A stretch of 64,000 bases of DNA from Octopus vulgaris (GCA_951406725.2 OX597826.1:20832001-20896000), one strand, 5' to 3'. Counted from the stretch's first letter, positions 41,681 to 56,093 are shown. Notes: generated by a model from the sequence alone, not told the origin. Translations and numbers: made by a program.

Positions 41681-41974
41681 ATGTATGTGTGTGCGTGTGT
41701 GTATATGTGTGTATGTGTGACAATCTGCCATAATAACTTGAGGTAATAAACTTATTACAATTATTATTCTCTGCCACAGTTTGTGGTGATGTGTGTGTGG
41801 GGGCAACTTGCAGCCAAAATAAAGAAGATTATAAAGAACCAGGCACAACTCTATGGAAATAAGTAAATCTTGTTTGTTCTCCATTTCAGTTTTAATATGT
41901 TCTTGGGCTCTGGAAATTGGTTGAGAAATAAAAAGAAGAAGCATTAAAACCACTATATTATCATTTCCAAGACT

Positions 41975-42014
<40 letters not shown>

Positions 42015-43610
42015 TGAGACACACATGTTCAGATTATTGGTGAAACTATGAATGATAAGCAGGGCTCCTTTATTCTTTTTGTTAAAAAAAACAAAAAAAC
42101 AGAGGAAAAATGCATAAGCATAAAACATCACAGTAACATATATATATATATATGAGTGCATACACACACACACACACACACATACACACACATGCTAATA
42201 AAAAAAAAACATACAAAACCTTATTGGTATTTTTAGGCTTTCTATAATATATGCCTGCATTTCCAAGACAGAAGTTGCTTTTAAGCCAAACTGATTGATC
42301 TTCCGCATTTAATGGTTCTTGTTAAATATAAGAGCAGCAAGTGGAAACATTCATGAAGCCCAAAACTTTTGGTTACATGTGAAGACTTCTGGCACAGAAT
42401 ATGGCTAACAAAAGACGACGATGACGATTTAATGTATAGATAAATGCTTTCCTGTAAAGATGGGTGTTAGAGGATTTGGGAGAACTGGGATTCATTCCAT
42501 AGTCAGAAGTCTAAGATTAACTGCAAAAGAGCAAAAAAATGTTGCCAGAAAATTGTTGGAAGCCACTGAGAAAGCAAGGAATTACGTCTGGCTCAAGAGA
42601 GATGATGAGTGGTGCAGAGAGAACAAGCAGTGAGGATGGTAGAAACATCTGGCCCAGAGTCACAAACATTTGACTCAACAAAGTTTGTGTTGTTGTATGG
42701 GAGTTTTGTCAGTTATATCAGTGGATGGGTCTGGGTAGTTCTGATGTAGCATTGGAAGGGGCCAAAACACCTACAGAGCTACTTCACTGCCTGATGAGAT
42801 ATTGACTCCAGCTTTCAGAGATGGAGCATAGCCACATCCTCAGTGCACAAGTGTTTTCTCAAAAAAAAAATTGAGATATGCATATGTATGCATGTATGTG
42901 TGTTAGCAAATATAAAACAATGATGATGATGATGAAGATGCCCCATAAGTTAGCAGTTCAACAAAAGAGACCAATAGAATAAATATTAGGCTTACAAATA
43001 ACAAGTCTTGGGGGTCAATTTCTTCAATCAAAAGCCCTTAAAGACAGTGCTCCAGAATGGCTGCAGTAAAATGACAGAAACAAGTAAAATAAAAAATAAA
43101 AGATATTTGTGTGTGTGTGTGTGTGATATGTACACATATACATATACTCTGTGAGTGTGTGTGTGTGTGTGTACTAACTCCTTTAATTATTCCTTCCTCA
43201 TACACTACACAACATTTCCAGGTAATTTACACTGAAATATATTATATACACCCAATCAAAAATATACAAGCTGGTTTTACTGAATGATGTTTTCCCATCT
43301 CTCTCTGAGCAGAGAAAGCAGAGCATGAGGTATCAAGTTTTCTGCTATCCTGTCATCTTGAACCTCAGCTGGCTGGACTACTCTTTGCCTCTACGTACCA
43401 TTGGTTCCTGTCGTTGATGTCCTCAGACTTTTCTCTTCTGCAAACTAATAAAAACAGTTTCTATTTATCCAAACAATTAGTTAATTATCCCTGTTGTCAT
43501 CACTTGGACTATTATGCAAATTAGATTGATAAGCTTAGTTTTGAACTAGTTTGTGTACACTCTAAATAGCCATCAGTTACTGATATCTCTGTGAACAGAA
43601 GATGGCTGTC

Positions 43611-43653
43611 TTTTCCTGATGAAGGTCTGTGAAGACTAGAAACTAGAAGCAAA
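43611..43653 (+). ncRNA. Minimal hammerhead-ribozyme-like motif (Penelope/retrozyme type), cleavage triplet damaged
   Basis: TTTTC-CTGATGA-AGGTCT-GTGA-AGACTA-GAAA-CTAG-AA-GCAAA: core boxes, stem II GTCT/AGAC and palindromic CTAG are present, but GAA stands where NUH is needed. Confidence 0.5.
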
Positions 43654-44503
43654 TTAATCTTATTGTCAACAGATGAAACACTTTGTATACTTTTACAGCG
43701 GTTTTACAGTGTTTCTTATTGAGCAGTATGGAGTCTTACAAACAAACACTTGCATTAACACACCAACTCACTCTTAGACTTACATAAAACATGCCATACA
43801 TATATACTTACATAGATACATATGCTGTAGTGTAACTGTGCTCTGTATACAGCAATTTCTTTCATATATATATAGATAGATAGATACGATCCTCATCATC
43901 ATCACCAAGGCCCTTTTCCATGTTAAGAAAGGGTCAGACAGAATTTATTGAGGCACAATTTATACAGGTGGATGCTCTTCCTGTCACCAACCTCCACCTG
44001 TTTCCAAGCAACAGAATATTTCCCCATGACCAAGCATGTTTCCATGGAAGACTGTATGATGGTGACACTCGTTTACAACTATCCCAGGATGTCAAGGCCA
44101 AGTGATACAAACATGCAAATATGCATGCACATGTGTGTGCATGCATGTGCATGCATGTGTATGTGTGCATGTATGCATGTTTGTGTGTCTCTCTCTCTCT
44201 TTTTCATGATATCGTTTGAGAGCTGTAAATGAGAGCCACCATTATATAAGTGGTGTCCTTCATTTCCAGTCTTCCAATAAACATGTCTGGTCATGGAGAA
44301 ATATTACCTTACATGGAAATGGATGAATGCATCTGGCCATGGAGAATCTGCTTCACGAAATACTATGAAACCCAAGCAAGCATGGAAAGGTGGACAATCA
44401 AATGATGAAAATCACGATGATGATGATGACGATGATGATGATGATATATATTCATATGTGATTACATATGCATATATGCATATATATATACATATATATA
44501 TGA

Positions 44504-44549
<46 letters not shown>

Positions 44550-44555
44550 ATATGC

Positions 44556-44618
<63 letters not shown>

Positions 44619-45035
44619 TATATATGTATATACATATATGTGTGTGTGCGTATATGCAAGTCTATAAGCATCTCTAAATACATGAGGACAGACGTGCACG
44701 CACACACATACACACAATAAGATTATTCGCTCACCAACCAAACACTAACAGCATTTCTCTCCCCAAATATTAAAAGACATTTCATTTCCCTTCCTCCATC
44801 AATCACCAACAGCCAGCCAAGTGACAGTAGCCATGTTGTTGGGAATTCATTCAGCTGTTTATAGTAATGACACTCCTTTAAGATTCACCAATGAATCACT
44901 CTGTCTCTCTCTTCACACAACGTATACTTGTTAATGTGGCTTATAGCCTCTTGCTCTCTGTTTAAATGTCTCCCAGCTATCGGCTTGATGTTACGGGTTC
45001 AAAATCTTTAATTACACATCCAGGGGTTCTGAAAC

Positions 45036-45107
<72 letters not shown>

Positions 45108-45129
45108 CTAACATGTATCTCATATATAC

Positions 45130-45179
<50 letters not shown>

Positions 45180-45190
45180 GTGTGTGTGTG

Positions 45191-45241
<51 letters not shown>

Positions 45242-45264
45242 AGATATGTATATATATATATATA

Positions 45265-45760
<496 letters not shown>

Positions 45761-45816
45761 TGTGTGTGTATATATATAGGGAGAGTTTATACACATACAT
45801 ATATATATACACACAC

Positions 45817-45911
<95 letters not shown>

Positions 45912-46090
45912 TACAAGGTTTTTTCCAGTGTCAAAGGATTTGTTGTTGTTAGTTCTCTTCCAGATGGAAGTTTTTGTGCTTTATTATTTCGCTTAGGCAT
46001 AGTGCGACTAATTATCTGGTGTAGAACTCAATATACTCAGTATGCTTCAGAACAAAGTGTTGGCTGAGTATGGAGTGGTGAAAAGACAAA

Positions 46091-46324
46091 GAGATGACAA
46101 AGGAAAAAAAAAAAACAATTATCTTATGAACCTTATTAGCTTACAGCTGTTTCTGCTATGGGAAGCAGTGGAGTTATAATTGAGAGCTTAAGTAACACCT
46201 TACAGTTTCATCAGAGCCTCGAATATGAAGAGAGGCTCCGGTGAAGCTACAGGATCCATCTTATAGCAGAAACTAATTTGAGCTAATGAAGTTTATAAGA
46301 TAATCGTTTTCCCCTTGTCATCTC
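46091..46324. mobile_element. 234-bp palindromic element made of two inverted hammerhead-bearing units
   Basis: Outer arms GAGATGACAA...ATTATCTTATGAAC..ATTAGCT and AGCTAAT..GTTTATAAGATAAT...TTGTCATCTC, plus an inner hairpin TTCATCAGAGCCTC / GAGGCTCCGGTGAA. Confidence 0.8.
46138..46218 (-). ncRNA. Type I hammerhead ribozyme motif with intact core
   Basis: Minus strand: GGCT-CTGATGA-AACTGTAAGG-(long loop)-CCCATAGCA-GAAA-CAGCT-GTA-AGCT. Stem I is GGCT/AGCT, stem III is the palindrome ACAGCTGT, the triplet is GUA; stem II is imperfect. Confidence 0.6.
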
Positions 46325-46349
46325 ATTTTCATACACACACACACACACA

Positions 46350-46600
46350 CATAAATATTTGTGTGGATCTTTGTGTCTGTGTTTGTTCCTTGCTACTTCT
46401 TGGCAACTAGTGTTAGTGTTGTTTTATTCTTAGTAACCTAGTGGTTCAGCAAAAGAGACTGATGAAATAAATACCAGACTTAAAATAAAAGATACGTCCT
46501 GTTCTCAATTCATTTAACTAAAGTTCTTGGAGGCAGTGCTCTAGCATGGCCACGACCTAATGACTGAAACAAGTAAATGACAGAAGATAAAAGAGAAAAA
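46350..46600 (+). mobile_element. SINE family B, 3' half
   Basis: Aligns with 53580-53780 (ggttcagcaaaagagac...gcagtgctctagcatggcc...tgactgaaacaagtaaa). Short 3' pieces also lie at 19160-19215 and 42940-43100. Confidence 0.7.
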
Positions 46601-46834
46601 CACACACATTCACACACATCCATACACTCATAAATATATGTGCATTTATAGTAATATGTGTCATATATATACATATACACATATATAATACACATATATC
46701 ATAAAGGCATTTATACATATATATACATACATACTTAAATATATATATATATGCATATATGTTGATGCAAACAGGAAAAATATTCTTCAAAATATGAGTA
46801 TATGTATGTATTTATAAATACTTAGCAGAGTGAC

Positions 46835-46911
46835 ACAAGGGCTGAGAGTTTCATGCATTGGCAATTATCAAACATTGAAAAGTTCCAACGCATGAAACTC
46901 TTGGACCTTGT
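46835..46911. other. 77-nt hairpin: 27-bp stem, 23-nt loop
   Basis: ACAAGGGCTGAGAGTTTCATGCATTGG pairs with CCAACGCATGAAACTCTTGGACCTTGT: 23 Watson-Crick pairs, 2 G-U pairs and 2 mismatches as + strand RNA. Confidence 0.8.
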
Positions 46912-46920
46912 ATAAATATG

Positions 46921-46970
<50 letters not shown>

Positions 46971-47295
46971 AGTTTGTATATGTCTGTGTATATATATTTA
47001 TTTTGCATGTGTGTGTATTAATTATACATACATATAGATATGTATATTTATACACCATCGTCATCATCGTCGCTTAACATTCATCTTCCATGTACACGTG
47101 GAAGATGTATACACACACACACATATGTGCATATTTATACATATATATATATATACACACAATATATATATATGTATATACGTATTTAAATTTGTATGTG
47201 TATTTATGTATTTATGTGTATATATATGTGTATTGTGTGTGTGTGTGTGTATATATATGTGTATTGTGTGTGTGTGTGTGTATATATATGTGTAT

Positions 47296-47326
<31 letters not shown>

Positions 47327-47339
47327 TATGTTTTTCATT

Positions 47340-47860
47340 TTTCTTTTACTTGTTTCAGTCATTAGGCTTTGGCCATGCTGCAGCACCACTTTAAATCACT
47401 TAAGTTGGGCAAATCGAACCCAGGATTGATTTATTTACTTTTTAAAGCCTGGTACTTATTTTGTCAGTCTCTTTTGCCAAACCACTAAGTTATGGAGGTG
47501 TAAACACACCAACACTAGTTTTCAAGCAGTGGTGGAGGACTAACACACATGCACATACACACATGCATGCACATATACATACATACATACACACATACAT
47601 GCATGCACATATACATACATACATATATATATATATACACACACACACATATACACACACAAACACTGACACACACATACCACACACACACACACACACG
47701 ATGGGATTCTTTCAGGTTCTAGCTCCCAAATCCACACGCATAGCTTTGGTTAATCCAAGGCTATATTGGAAGACACTTGCCCCATGTAGCACATGGTGGA
47801 ATTGAACCCAAAAGCATATGGTTTAGAAGCCAACTTCTTACCATACTGCCACACCTGGGA
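47340..47860 (-). mobile_element. SINE family B, near full length, with internal CA/TA microsatellite
   Basis: Reverse complement of 53429-53780, including the tRNA-like head (gtggcagtatggtaagaagttg...gggttcaattcc). Confidence 0.8.
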
Positions 47861-48266
47861 CAATGTTATTTAAGTTTTCATTATGAAATCTTACGATTAA
47901 TTTTTTCCAATTAGAGAAACAAAAAATGTTTAATTTCATTTTAGAAACCTTGCATGTGCACATTTCTTTTTCTATGTGCACTAGTCGCAAAACGCATGCA
48001 TACACACAAAGCACACAGCTAAGAGGGAATAGTGAGAGATTCTGTCGCTGTTCTATGCAAAACCTGGAATTCTTTCAGAAGATCATTTGGAAGGGTCTCA
48101 TCAGTTATAAACAGATATTAATAATGATAAGGAAAATGGAAATCTTCCACATCCATAGTTTTATTTATTTTATTTCTATGGAAATTAGGCAGTCCTGAAC
48201 AGGAGACCCAGATTTACTCACTGAGAAAAGTAACCAGAACTTAGCAACATATACATACATATATAT

Positions 48267-48300
<34 letters not shown>

Positions 48301-48302
48301 AA

Positions 48303-48500
48303 TGTGACCGCGTGTGTACCATTGGCGATTTTATTTCCTCTGTCTTCCCTTCTCTGGATCTTTCCTTCTTCTATGTTTCCGACAAAGAGCTCCGCTCGAA
48401 ACGTTAAACCCTCCTTCTTTTCTGAGTGTCCAATAATATTATATTTGTTCCACGTCCTCGCGTTGTTGTGCTTTTTTTGTGCTTTCTTGTTTGGATTAAC
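48303..48500 (+). mobile_element. About 200-bp element in (TA)n carrying a minimal hammerhead-like motif at 48375-48409
   Basis: GTTT-CCGACAA-AGAGC-TCC-GCTC-GAAA-C-GTT-AAAC. Stem I GTTT/AAAC, stem II GAGC/GCTC, palindromic AACGTT; the first core box differs from CTGANGA at two positions. Confidence 0.65.
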
Positions 48501-48646
48501 TATATATATACATATATATATATATATATTTCGTTTTGGGATTTGGTCTGCAAGATTCTTTATATGAGTTCGTGTGTTGAAGCATATTCTGTTGTGTCTG
48601 GGGAGAGTCATTTTCTTTTTGTGCCTTATAATGTAACACACTCACA

Positions 48647-48774
<128 letters not shown>

Positions 48775-49594
48775 TAGATATATACATACTGTACACTATA
48801 TTAAAATAGTTTCTTCCCATTCAGATACATGGTTAAGCAGATTTTCATGATGTGCCTTGTGTCTCTAAGCAATGCTCGGGCTCTGAGCTCATGGTCTGTT
48901 CTGTTTGGAGATCAGGACACTTGTACGATGGGAAACCACAAAAAACAAAAAAAAGAGTAGAAGGTTGATGCAAAAAGTGCAATGGGAAGACAAAAGAGTG
49001 AATAACAAAGGAAAAATAAAGGAAAGAAATGAAAGAAAATTCGAGTAACTCATTCCTTTGCTTCCATTCAACTACAATTATACAAACACATATATAGAAC
49101 AGGAGGCAGACAAATTTGAAGCTGAGCGGAGAAGAGAGGGTATGATGATGTTGCAAATGGCTGTGAAAGGACTGATTGATCATTTAAGCGACTGATTAAA
49201 CAGTCAATTGGTTGGTTAAATAATGGGACTTATAATAAAGAAGTGAAATTGAATCAGTACATGTGTTTATTAGTAGCACAATTACCCTCCCAAGATATAA
49301 TTATATCTAACTATTTATCTATCTAGCTATCTGTACACACACACACACACTCACACACATATATGTATATGTATGTATATGTATATGCATATACATGAAG
49401 TGTATAGTGTGTGTAGACATGAGTATTAGTTCATTCAGTTTTAGAAATTACTCGTGCACTTGCAACAGATACTCCATTGTGTAATATCTCTGTAGTTGGC
49501 ATTTTGATGTGTCACACATCAATCAAAGCTGACATCCACCCACAAAATATGTTTAAGAAATTAAATAAATGATAAAGGAATAAAATATTATATT

Positions 49595-49806
49595 CTTTTC
49601 TACTCAAGGCACAAGACCCAAAATTTTGGGGGAGGGGCCAGTTGATTAGAACGACCCCAATACACAACTGGTGCTTAATTTATAAACAACGAAAGGATGG
49701 AAAGTGAAGTCGACCTCTGTGGAATTTGAACTCAGAATGTAAAGACAAATGAAATACTGTTAAGCATTTCGCCCGGTGTGCTAACCTTTCTGCCAGTTTG
49801 CTGCCT
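49595..49806 (-). mobile_element. SINE family A, near full length
   Basis: Minus strand reads ggcagcaaactggcagaaaggttagcacaccgggcgaaatgctt...ttctgagttcaaattcc (A/B-box-like head), followed by the body shared with other copies. Confidence 0.8.
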
Positions 49807-49816
49807 TGAATAAGAA

Positions 49817-49905
49817 ATTATATTGTGAACTTCAATAGCTTACAGCTGTTTCTGCTACACGATACAGTGCACTTATTGTTGAGTGTATGTGTATCACCCT
49901 AAGGA
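49817..49905 (-). mobile_element. Partial copy of the 46091-46324 hammerhead-bearing unit
   Basis: tagcttacagctgtttctgcta is identical to 46137-46158; the CTGATGA box is not recognisable here. Confidence 0.7.
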
Positions 49906-51051
49906 AATTAGACTCAAGACTCAAGCAGAAAGAATTTCAGTTTCAAATCCACCTACAGGTATTTCATTGTAAAACTGGGCAGGTAACTGGGCTTTACAGT
50001 TAATTGGTCTTTACAATTAATTAGTCTATTACAGTTATTCAGGACACCTAGCTGTTACAGGTGCAACAGTGTACTGGCAAATTTGTCTGAGATAGTCTTG
50101 CTTTCTATCTCATAAGGGGTTATATATCCTTTATCCACTTCATGTGAAGATATTGAAACCCTGTGACAGCCTTTTAAAGGAACAAGGGCAGTGAGCCCAA
50201 TCCATTTAAGGCAGTTTTTCTAATTCTGTTGGGAGAAATGGAGACTCTCACCAAACTGCAATGGAACAGACATCACTAAAGGTAACTAGGAAATAATAGA
50301 AATAGAACTTAAGACAAACTTCTGCACAGTTTCCATCAACCAAATTTTCCTCTCAAAATTTTGGTAGATATGTCTCTCTCTCTCTTACAAAACACTTTGG
50401 CTCTTTATGAAGAATTTCCTGAGATTTTCAAGATAAATCTTAAGGTGACTGACCTCATAGATTCACAGAATGGACAGAATCATGATATTCTTATGAGACT
50501 TAGCAACATCAATGATGTGAAATAATAAATATGTGTGTAAAATATTGTGTAAAGATTATAAAATGAAAGATAGGAGGGATGTCCACAATGAGCAGACATC
50601 AAATGGTTGTCATAACCAGAAGGAATTGATGAATATGGTCCATGGGAGACAGGTAAAAGATAATCTTTAAAAGAATACAACTTGATGTGAATCAGCCAAA
50701 CTACGAAAACAGCAGCCAAACTCACTCAACTCTTACCATTTTAAAACTAGGACACAGAACATGAAATCCAAGACAGACAAGGCTGGAATGGCTTTTATGA
50801 TCAATATAGTCATTGAACAGCAATGATACATACGTACACACAGACACACATACAATGTATTTTGCATGCATGTGTGTCTGTGTCTGTGTATATATATGTA
50901 TATTTGTATGTGTGTATGCAAATAAGTACACACACATATTTATACACATAGATATTATAAATATGTATACATACATACATATATATATATGCACATATAG
51001 GCACAGGGCAATGTGTGTGTGTATGCATATACATGTATATGTAAATATTTA

Positions 51052-51083
<32 letters not shown>

Positions 51084-51855
51084 CATATATATATATAAAT
51101 ATAAACGATATATATACATATTTATATAAATATGAATATATATATATATACACACACACATATATACATACATTGATACTTACACACATACACACACCAC
51201 TATGTACAATTTAATGATATCCTTCTATGTATAACTCCAGCTATTCACATGCTATCAAACTAATCATTGCTTTTTTAAAACTATTTGTTGACTTTTTATT
51301 TATTTATTATCAATTTCAAAAATGCTTCTCTTAATTAGAAATTCCAAAATCTCTTCTTTTTAACAAAAGGCTATTTTTACTTGAAAATATCTGAAAATGT
51401 TATTTAATCAGATGCTAATGTTACAGTTGGCTCATCTTTTATTTTCTGTTTTCGTCTCGGAACCCAATTAGATTTTCAGGAACACAATGGTGTAATATAT
51501 GTCATAGGTTCGAGGATTCTTGCAGGAATATTGAACACTCCTTGCAGCCAGATCTATTAGGAAGATATGACAAGAGTTAGAGATTTGACAGGACTTGTAA
51601 TAAAATTTTTATCTCCTAAACAGCTAAGCAAATTTTTGCAGTTTTTTTTTCTTCTTTTTTGCATAAGTGTGTGTAGGGGGAAGATTAAAGAAATAGGGGG
51701 TTTTCTCTAAAAGAGGCTTATAATTATATTTTGAATCTATTAAGTTTTGTTCTTCAATAATTCCACTCATCTTTTTAATGAAATCAAATTAATACCAAAA
51801 CTAATTACGTTTGTTGTATGAGAGAAACTTCTTCAAAAGATTCAAATGTTCCCAC

Positions 51856-51912
<57 letters not shown>

Positions 51913-51929
51913 TAATAATAATAATAATG

Positions 51930-51964
<35 letters not shown>

Positions 51965-52400
51965 TATAATAGTAGTAAAGGAGCAAAAACAACATCAACA
52001 AAAGCCCCTTTCACAAGGTTGTCTGTAAAGGAGCAGCAAGAACCATTTCCTTATTGAAAAGGCTGTATCAAATGAAACTTGTAAGAGTATAAAGAATTAA
52101 ACTTGCCGCTGCCACTGTCACCGCCAGACCATTCCTGCTGCCAAACTGCGAGTGTGCTTTGCTGAAAAATTAGATTACAACTTAGAGACCAGTCAATTTC
52201 CACTGGCCTTTTGCCACCATTCCACAAAACCAGTTTCATTGACACTTTTCCATTATTTTTATCATTATCATTCTTTCTTTCTTCTTTTTATTTGGTTTCA
52301 TCTCTCTAAGGAAATCAGCAATATTTAGCATATGTTTGCTTCATTCTTGCTACAAAAGCCTTTATTATTATCATCATTATCATCATTATCATTATTATTA

Positions 52401-52431
<31 letters not shown>

Positions 52432-53149
52432 CATTATTATTATTATTATTATTATCATTATTATTATTATTATTAGCCTTGTTATTGCAGTTGTTATTAT
52501 TTGTACACATTTGTTCACAACTTCTTAACACACATAAGTGGCATGCAGTAATTCTTAATGGGGATAAAAGGCTTAAAACATGTAATTTTTATGAGATTTT
52601 TTAAAATTAAAACATTGTCAAACTGTCAGAATGCTCAACTAGATCACTCTGAAAAGCGGAGTAAATTAGTTGAGGCAGCAGTTGCTATTTTGTGTTTTGT
52701 GTTGTTGTCAATTGGTGTTTGTTTTTTTTTTGTTTTCTTTAATATCAGATGAATTCAATCCATGTTACTGCTTTTATGATATCCTCATCTCAATAGTAAT
52801 AATGTATTGATTTCTTCTTCTTTTTTTCTTCCTGCTTTTCATCTTCTTCCTCCTCTTTCTTCTTTTCTTCTTCTTCTTCTTCTTCTTCTTCTTCTTCTTC
52901 TTCTTCTTCTTCTTCTTCTTCTTCTTCTTCTTCTTCTTCTTCTTCACACAACATAACAATTATACAAGTGGAGAAGATACTATCTGGAACCTTCTTTAAG
53001 CTTCCTCTACCCATCCCCATCACACACTCACAGCCATTGCGCTAATTTAACCACTTTTAGAAGAATTTCAACTTTTGAAATGAAACCAGCAACAACAATC
53101 TTATTCAATACAATAATAATAATAATAGTAATTCTGTTTGATTTTGTCA

Positions 53150-53340
53150 CAGCACAAGCAATTTTGAGGGGAGGGTAAGTTGATTGCATTTTGACCCCAA
53201 ATGCTCAACCGGTACTTTATTTTATCAACCCCGGAAGAATTAAAGGCAAAGTCAACCTCAGCAGGAATTGAACTCTGAACTAAAAGAAATGCTACTGAGC
53301 ATTTTGCCCAATAGGCTAATGACTCAGCCAACTCACTGCC
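53150..53340 (-). mobile_element. SINE family A
   Basis: Same head and body as 49595-49806; adjoins (AAT)n. Confidence 0.75.
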
Positions 53341-53391
53341 TTAATAATAATAATAATAATAATAATAATAGTAATAATAATAATAATAATA

Positions 53392-53428
<37 letters not shown>

Positions 53429-53780
53429 GGCGCAGGAGTGGCTGTGTGGTAAGTAGCTTGTTTACCAACCACATGGTTCCACTATAGCCTCGGGCCGACC
53501 AAAGCCTTGTGAGTGGATTTGGTGGACGGAAACTGAAAGAAGCCCGTCGTATATATGTATATATATATATGCGTGTGTGTGTTTGTGTATCTGTGTTTGT
53601 CCTCCTAGCATTGCTTGACAACCGATGCTGGTTTGTTTATGTCCCCGTTACTTAGCGGTTCGGCAAAAGAGACCGATAGAATAAGTACTGGGCTTACAAA
53701 AGAATAAGTCCCGGGGTCGAGTTGCTCGATTAAAGGCGGTGCTCCAGCATGACTGAAACAAGTAAAAGAGTAAAAGAGTA
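53429..53780 (+). mobile_element. SINE family B, CpG-rich (young-looking) copy with an internal deletion of the B-box region
   Basis: The head ggcgcaggagtggctgtgtggtaagtagc runs catggttcc|actatagcc, skipping the gggttcaattcc...gggcaagtgtcttc segment present in 47340-47860. Tail is (gtaaaaga)2. Confidence 0.85.
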
Positions 53781-53809
53781 TAATAATAATAATAATGATG
53801 ATGATGGTC

Positions 53810-54185
53810 TCAAATTTTGGTACAAGGCCTGCAATTTTATGGAAGAGGCTGAGACAGTTACATCAAGCCGTGTGCTCAACTTATTTCATCAATCCTGAAA
53901 GGATGAACGGCAATATCGACCTTGGTGGAATTTGAATTCAGAATATAAAGAGACAAAACGTCATGAAGCATTTTTGCTTGGTCTGCTAACGATTCTGTCA
54001 GCTCACCGCTTTTACTATTATGCTTAGTGGCATTTTGTCTGTCCTTGCATTCTGAGTTCAAATCCCGCAGAAGTCGACTTTGCCTTTCATCATTTGAGGG
54101 TCGATAAATTAAGTACCAGTGAAACGCTGGAGTTCGTGAAATTGACTTAACCCCTTCCAGGCCTTGTGTCTATTGTAGAAAGGAT
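53810..54185. mobile_element. Two family-A SINEs head to head (minus copy 53810-54010, plus copy 54020-54185)
   Basis: aaaggatgaacggcaatatcgacc...gaatttgaattcagaat is the reverse complement of attctgagttcaaatc...gtcgactttgcctttcatc. Confidence 0.8.
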
Positions 54186-54477
54186 TATTATTATTACTAT
54201 TGGTATTCATCATTCTTATCTTCCCGTAAACTATGAAAATATGCCTACATTTCTAGTTAGTTTAAAGCACATGCTTGTCCACCCCCACTCCATCCCACCC
54301 CACCACCCACACACACATATGCTGTAGGCTACCGTTTCCTTAATAAAGCATTGGTTTTGAAAAATTTTTGACTCTTGAGATTATCTCCCCTTTTTCATAT
54401 GCTGTTGGAACCAATTACACTAAAGGATCGACCTAATCCCTCCAGGAAGAAACATTTCTTTACACCAAGAATTTAGG

Positions 54478-54518
<41 letters not shown>

Positions 54519-54562
54519 TATACAAATACATATGCATGTATATTGCATATATATGGGTATGT

Positions 54563-54601
<39 letters not shown>

Positions 54602-54689
54602 TACATATGCATGTATATTGCATTTTTATGAATATGTGGGTATATATATATATGTATGTGTGTATGTATATATATATATAGATATATGC

Positions 54690-54733
<44 letters not shown>

Positions 54734-55668
54734 GTCTATGCATATGTTGCATATGTATGTATGCGTGTATGTATTTATACATGCATGTACAAGTGTGTAT
54801 GTATGTGTGCATGCATGTACATGTGTATGTTTGTGTGTGTGTGTGTGTAGATAAACATTGGTATAATTATCTGTCATCAACCGGCAGAGGATGTCAGTGT
54901 CTGATGAATGCAATGTCAGCATTGGAGAGTGAAGAACTGCGAGATGTTCCTGATATGTCATGGAACTCTGCAGATGGATTAGATTCTGTTGTCGACATAG
55001 CACAGACATGTTTATTTATTGCACAGAAAATAGACAAATCACTATTTTGATAGAAACAGCAAAAAATTAGAAATTACACTTAAAAATGGTGTTATTTTTA
55101 TAGGTTAACAAGAGGAAGGAAGGCCAGCAACAATGTCTCTTTTTGAGGAGGTGTGGATTCTACCACTGGTATGTGTAGGGGAGAAAGGGTCACTCAAATA
55201 TGAGATCAGACCCTAACTTCTTGCTGCAAAATGAACTCTCCTAAAAGCTCCGAAAGCATCAGATTTTGATGTTTAACTGAGGAATGGATTTTATCCACCA
55301 ATCAAGAATAGGAATGGTTTTCTATGACAGACTTTTTCAGCTTCCAAATGTCTATGATATTTTGCTCACAAAACTTTTATCAAAACTTGAATCTACGAAA
55401 ATAAGAACTTACCAATGGTGGGACTAAACCTGAAACCACATGGGTACAATGTAAACTTTTTAACCACACAGCCATGTTTTATACATCTTTTATCTTTTTT
55501 AAAATACTTTTTTTCTTTTAATGTCATTGTTTTAGATAATCATGAAGATGTGGCTGAGACAAAATGTAGCCAGAACCTCCACAACTAATCTACTTGCACA
55601 TATTTGCATAGTAATAACAACAACAACAATAATAATAATAACGATAATGATGATAATAGTAAAAATTA

Positions 55669-55965
55669 TCTTGGTATAAAAGATGGGCTACAGCAAATAT
55701 TCTGCTCAATACCACAGATTTGCTTGTAAATTGTTTGACCATAACCAGTTGACCATGTCCCTTGGTGGCTGACAATATGTGCATTTCTGATCACGAGCAG
55801 TAGTGGGGGAGCATCATAGCCATGTGTTGAGAAGGATTCTTTGGGGTTTGATTAATTCACCTCTGGAAACATGGGCGTTTCATTCAACATCCTTAAACAA
55901 GCCTTATTCAGGGACCTTTTGAGTGGGATGGGTTACTCGACCAGAAGAAAATTCTAACTGGGTCC
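55669..55965 (+). mobile_element. Internal fragment of the (TAA)n-associated element at 61541-62094
   Basis: Near-identical by eye to 61622-61920. Confidence 0.9.
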
Positions 55966-56093
55966 TGTAGAAGACAGTTCCCCAATGTATCACATAGTAG
56001 GGCTGAACCCAGAACCACACAGTTGAGAAGTAAATTTCACCATACAGTCAGGCCTGCTTCTAATGTGTATCTATGTATGTATATGTGTGTGCA

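Noticed and set aside
54895-54935. CTGATGA-ATGC-AATGTCA-GCAT hammerhead-like start, inside a protein-like ORF tail (54850-55050)
   Set aside because: No GAAA box or stem III follows, and the ORF lacks a credible acceptor and donor.
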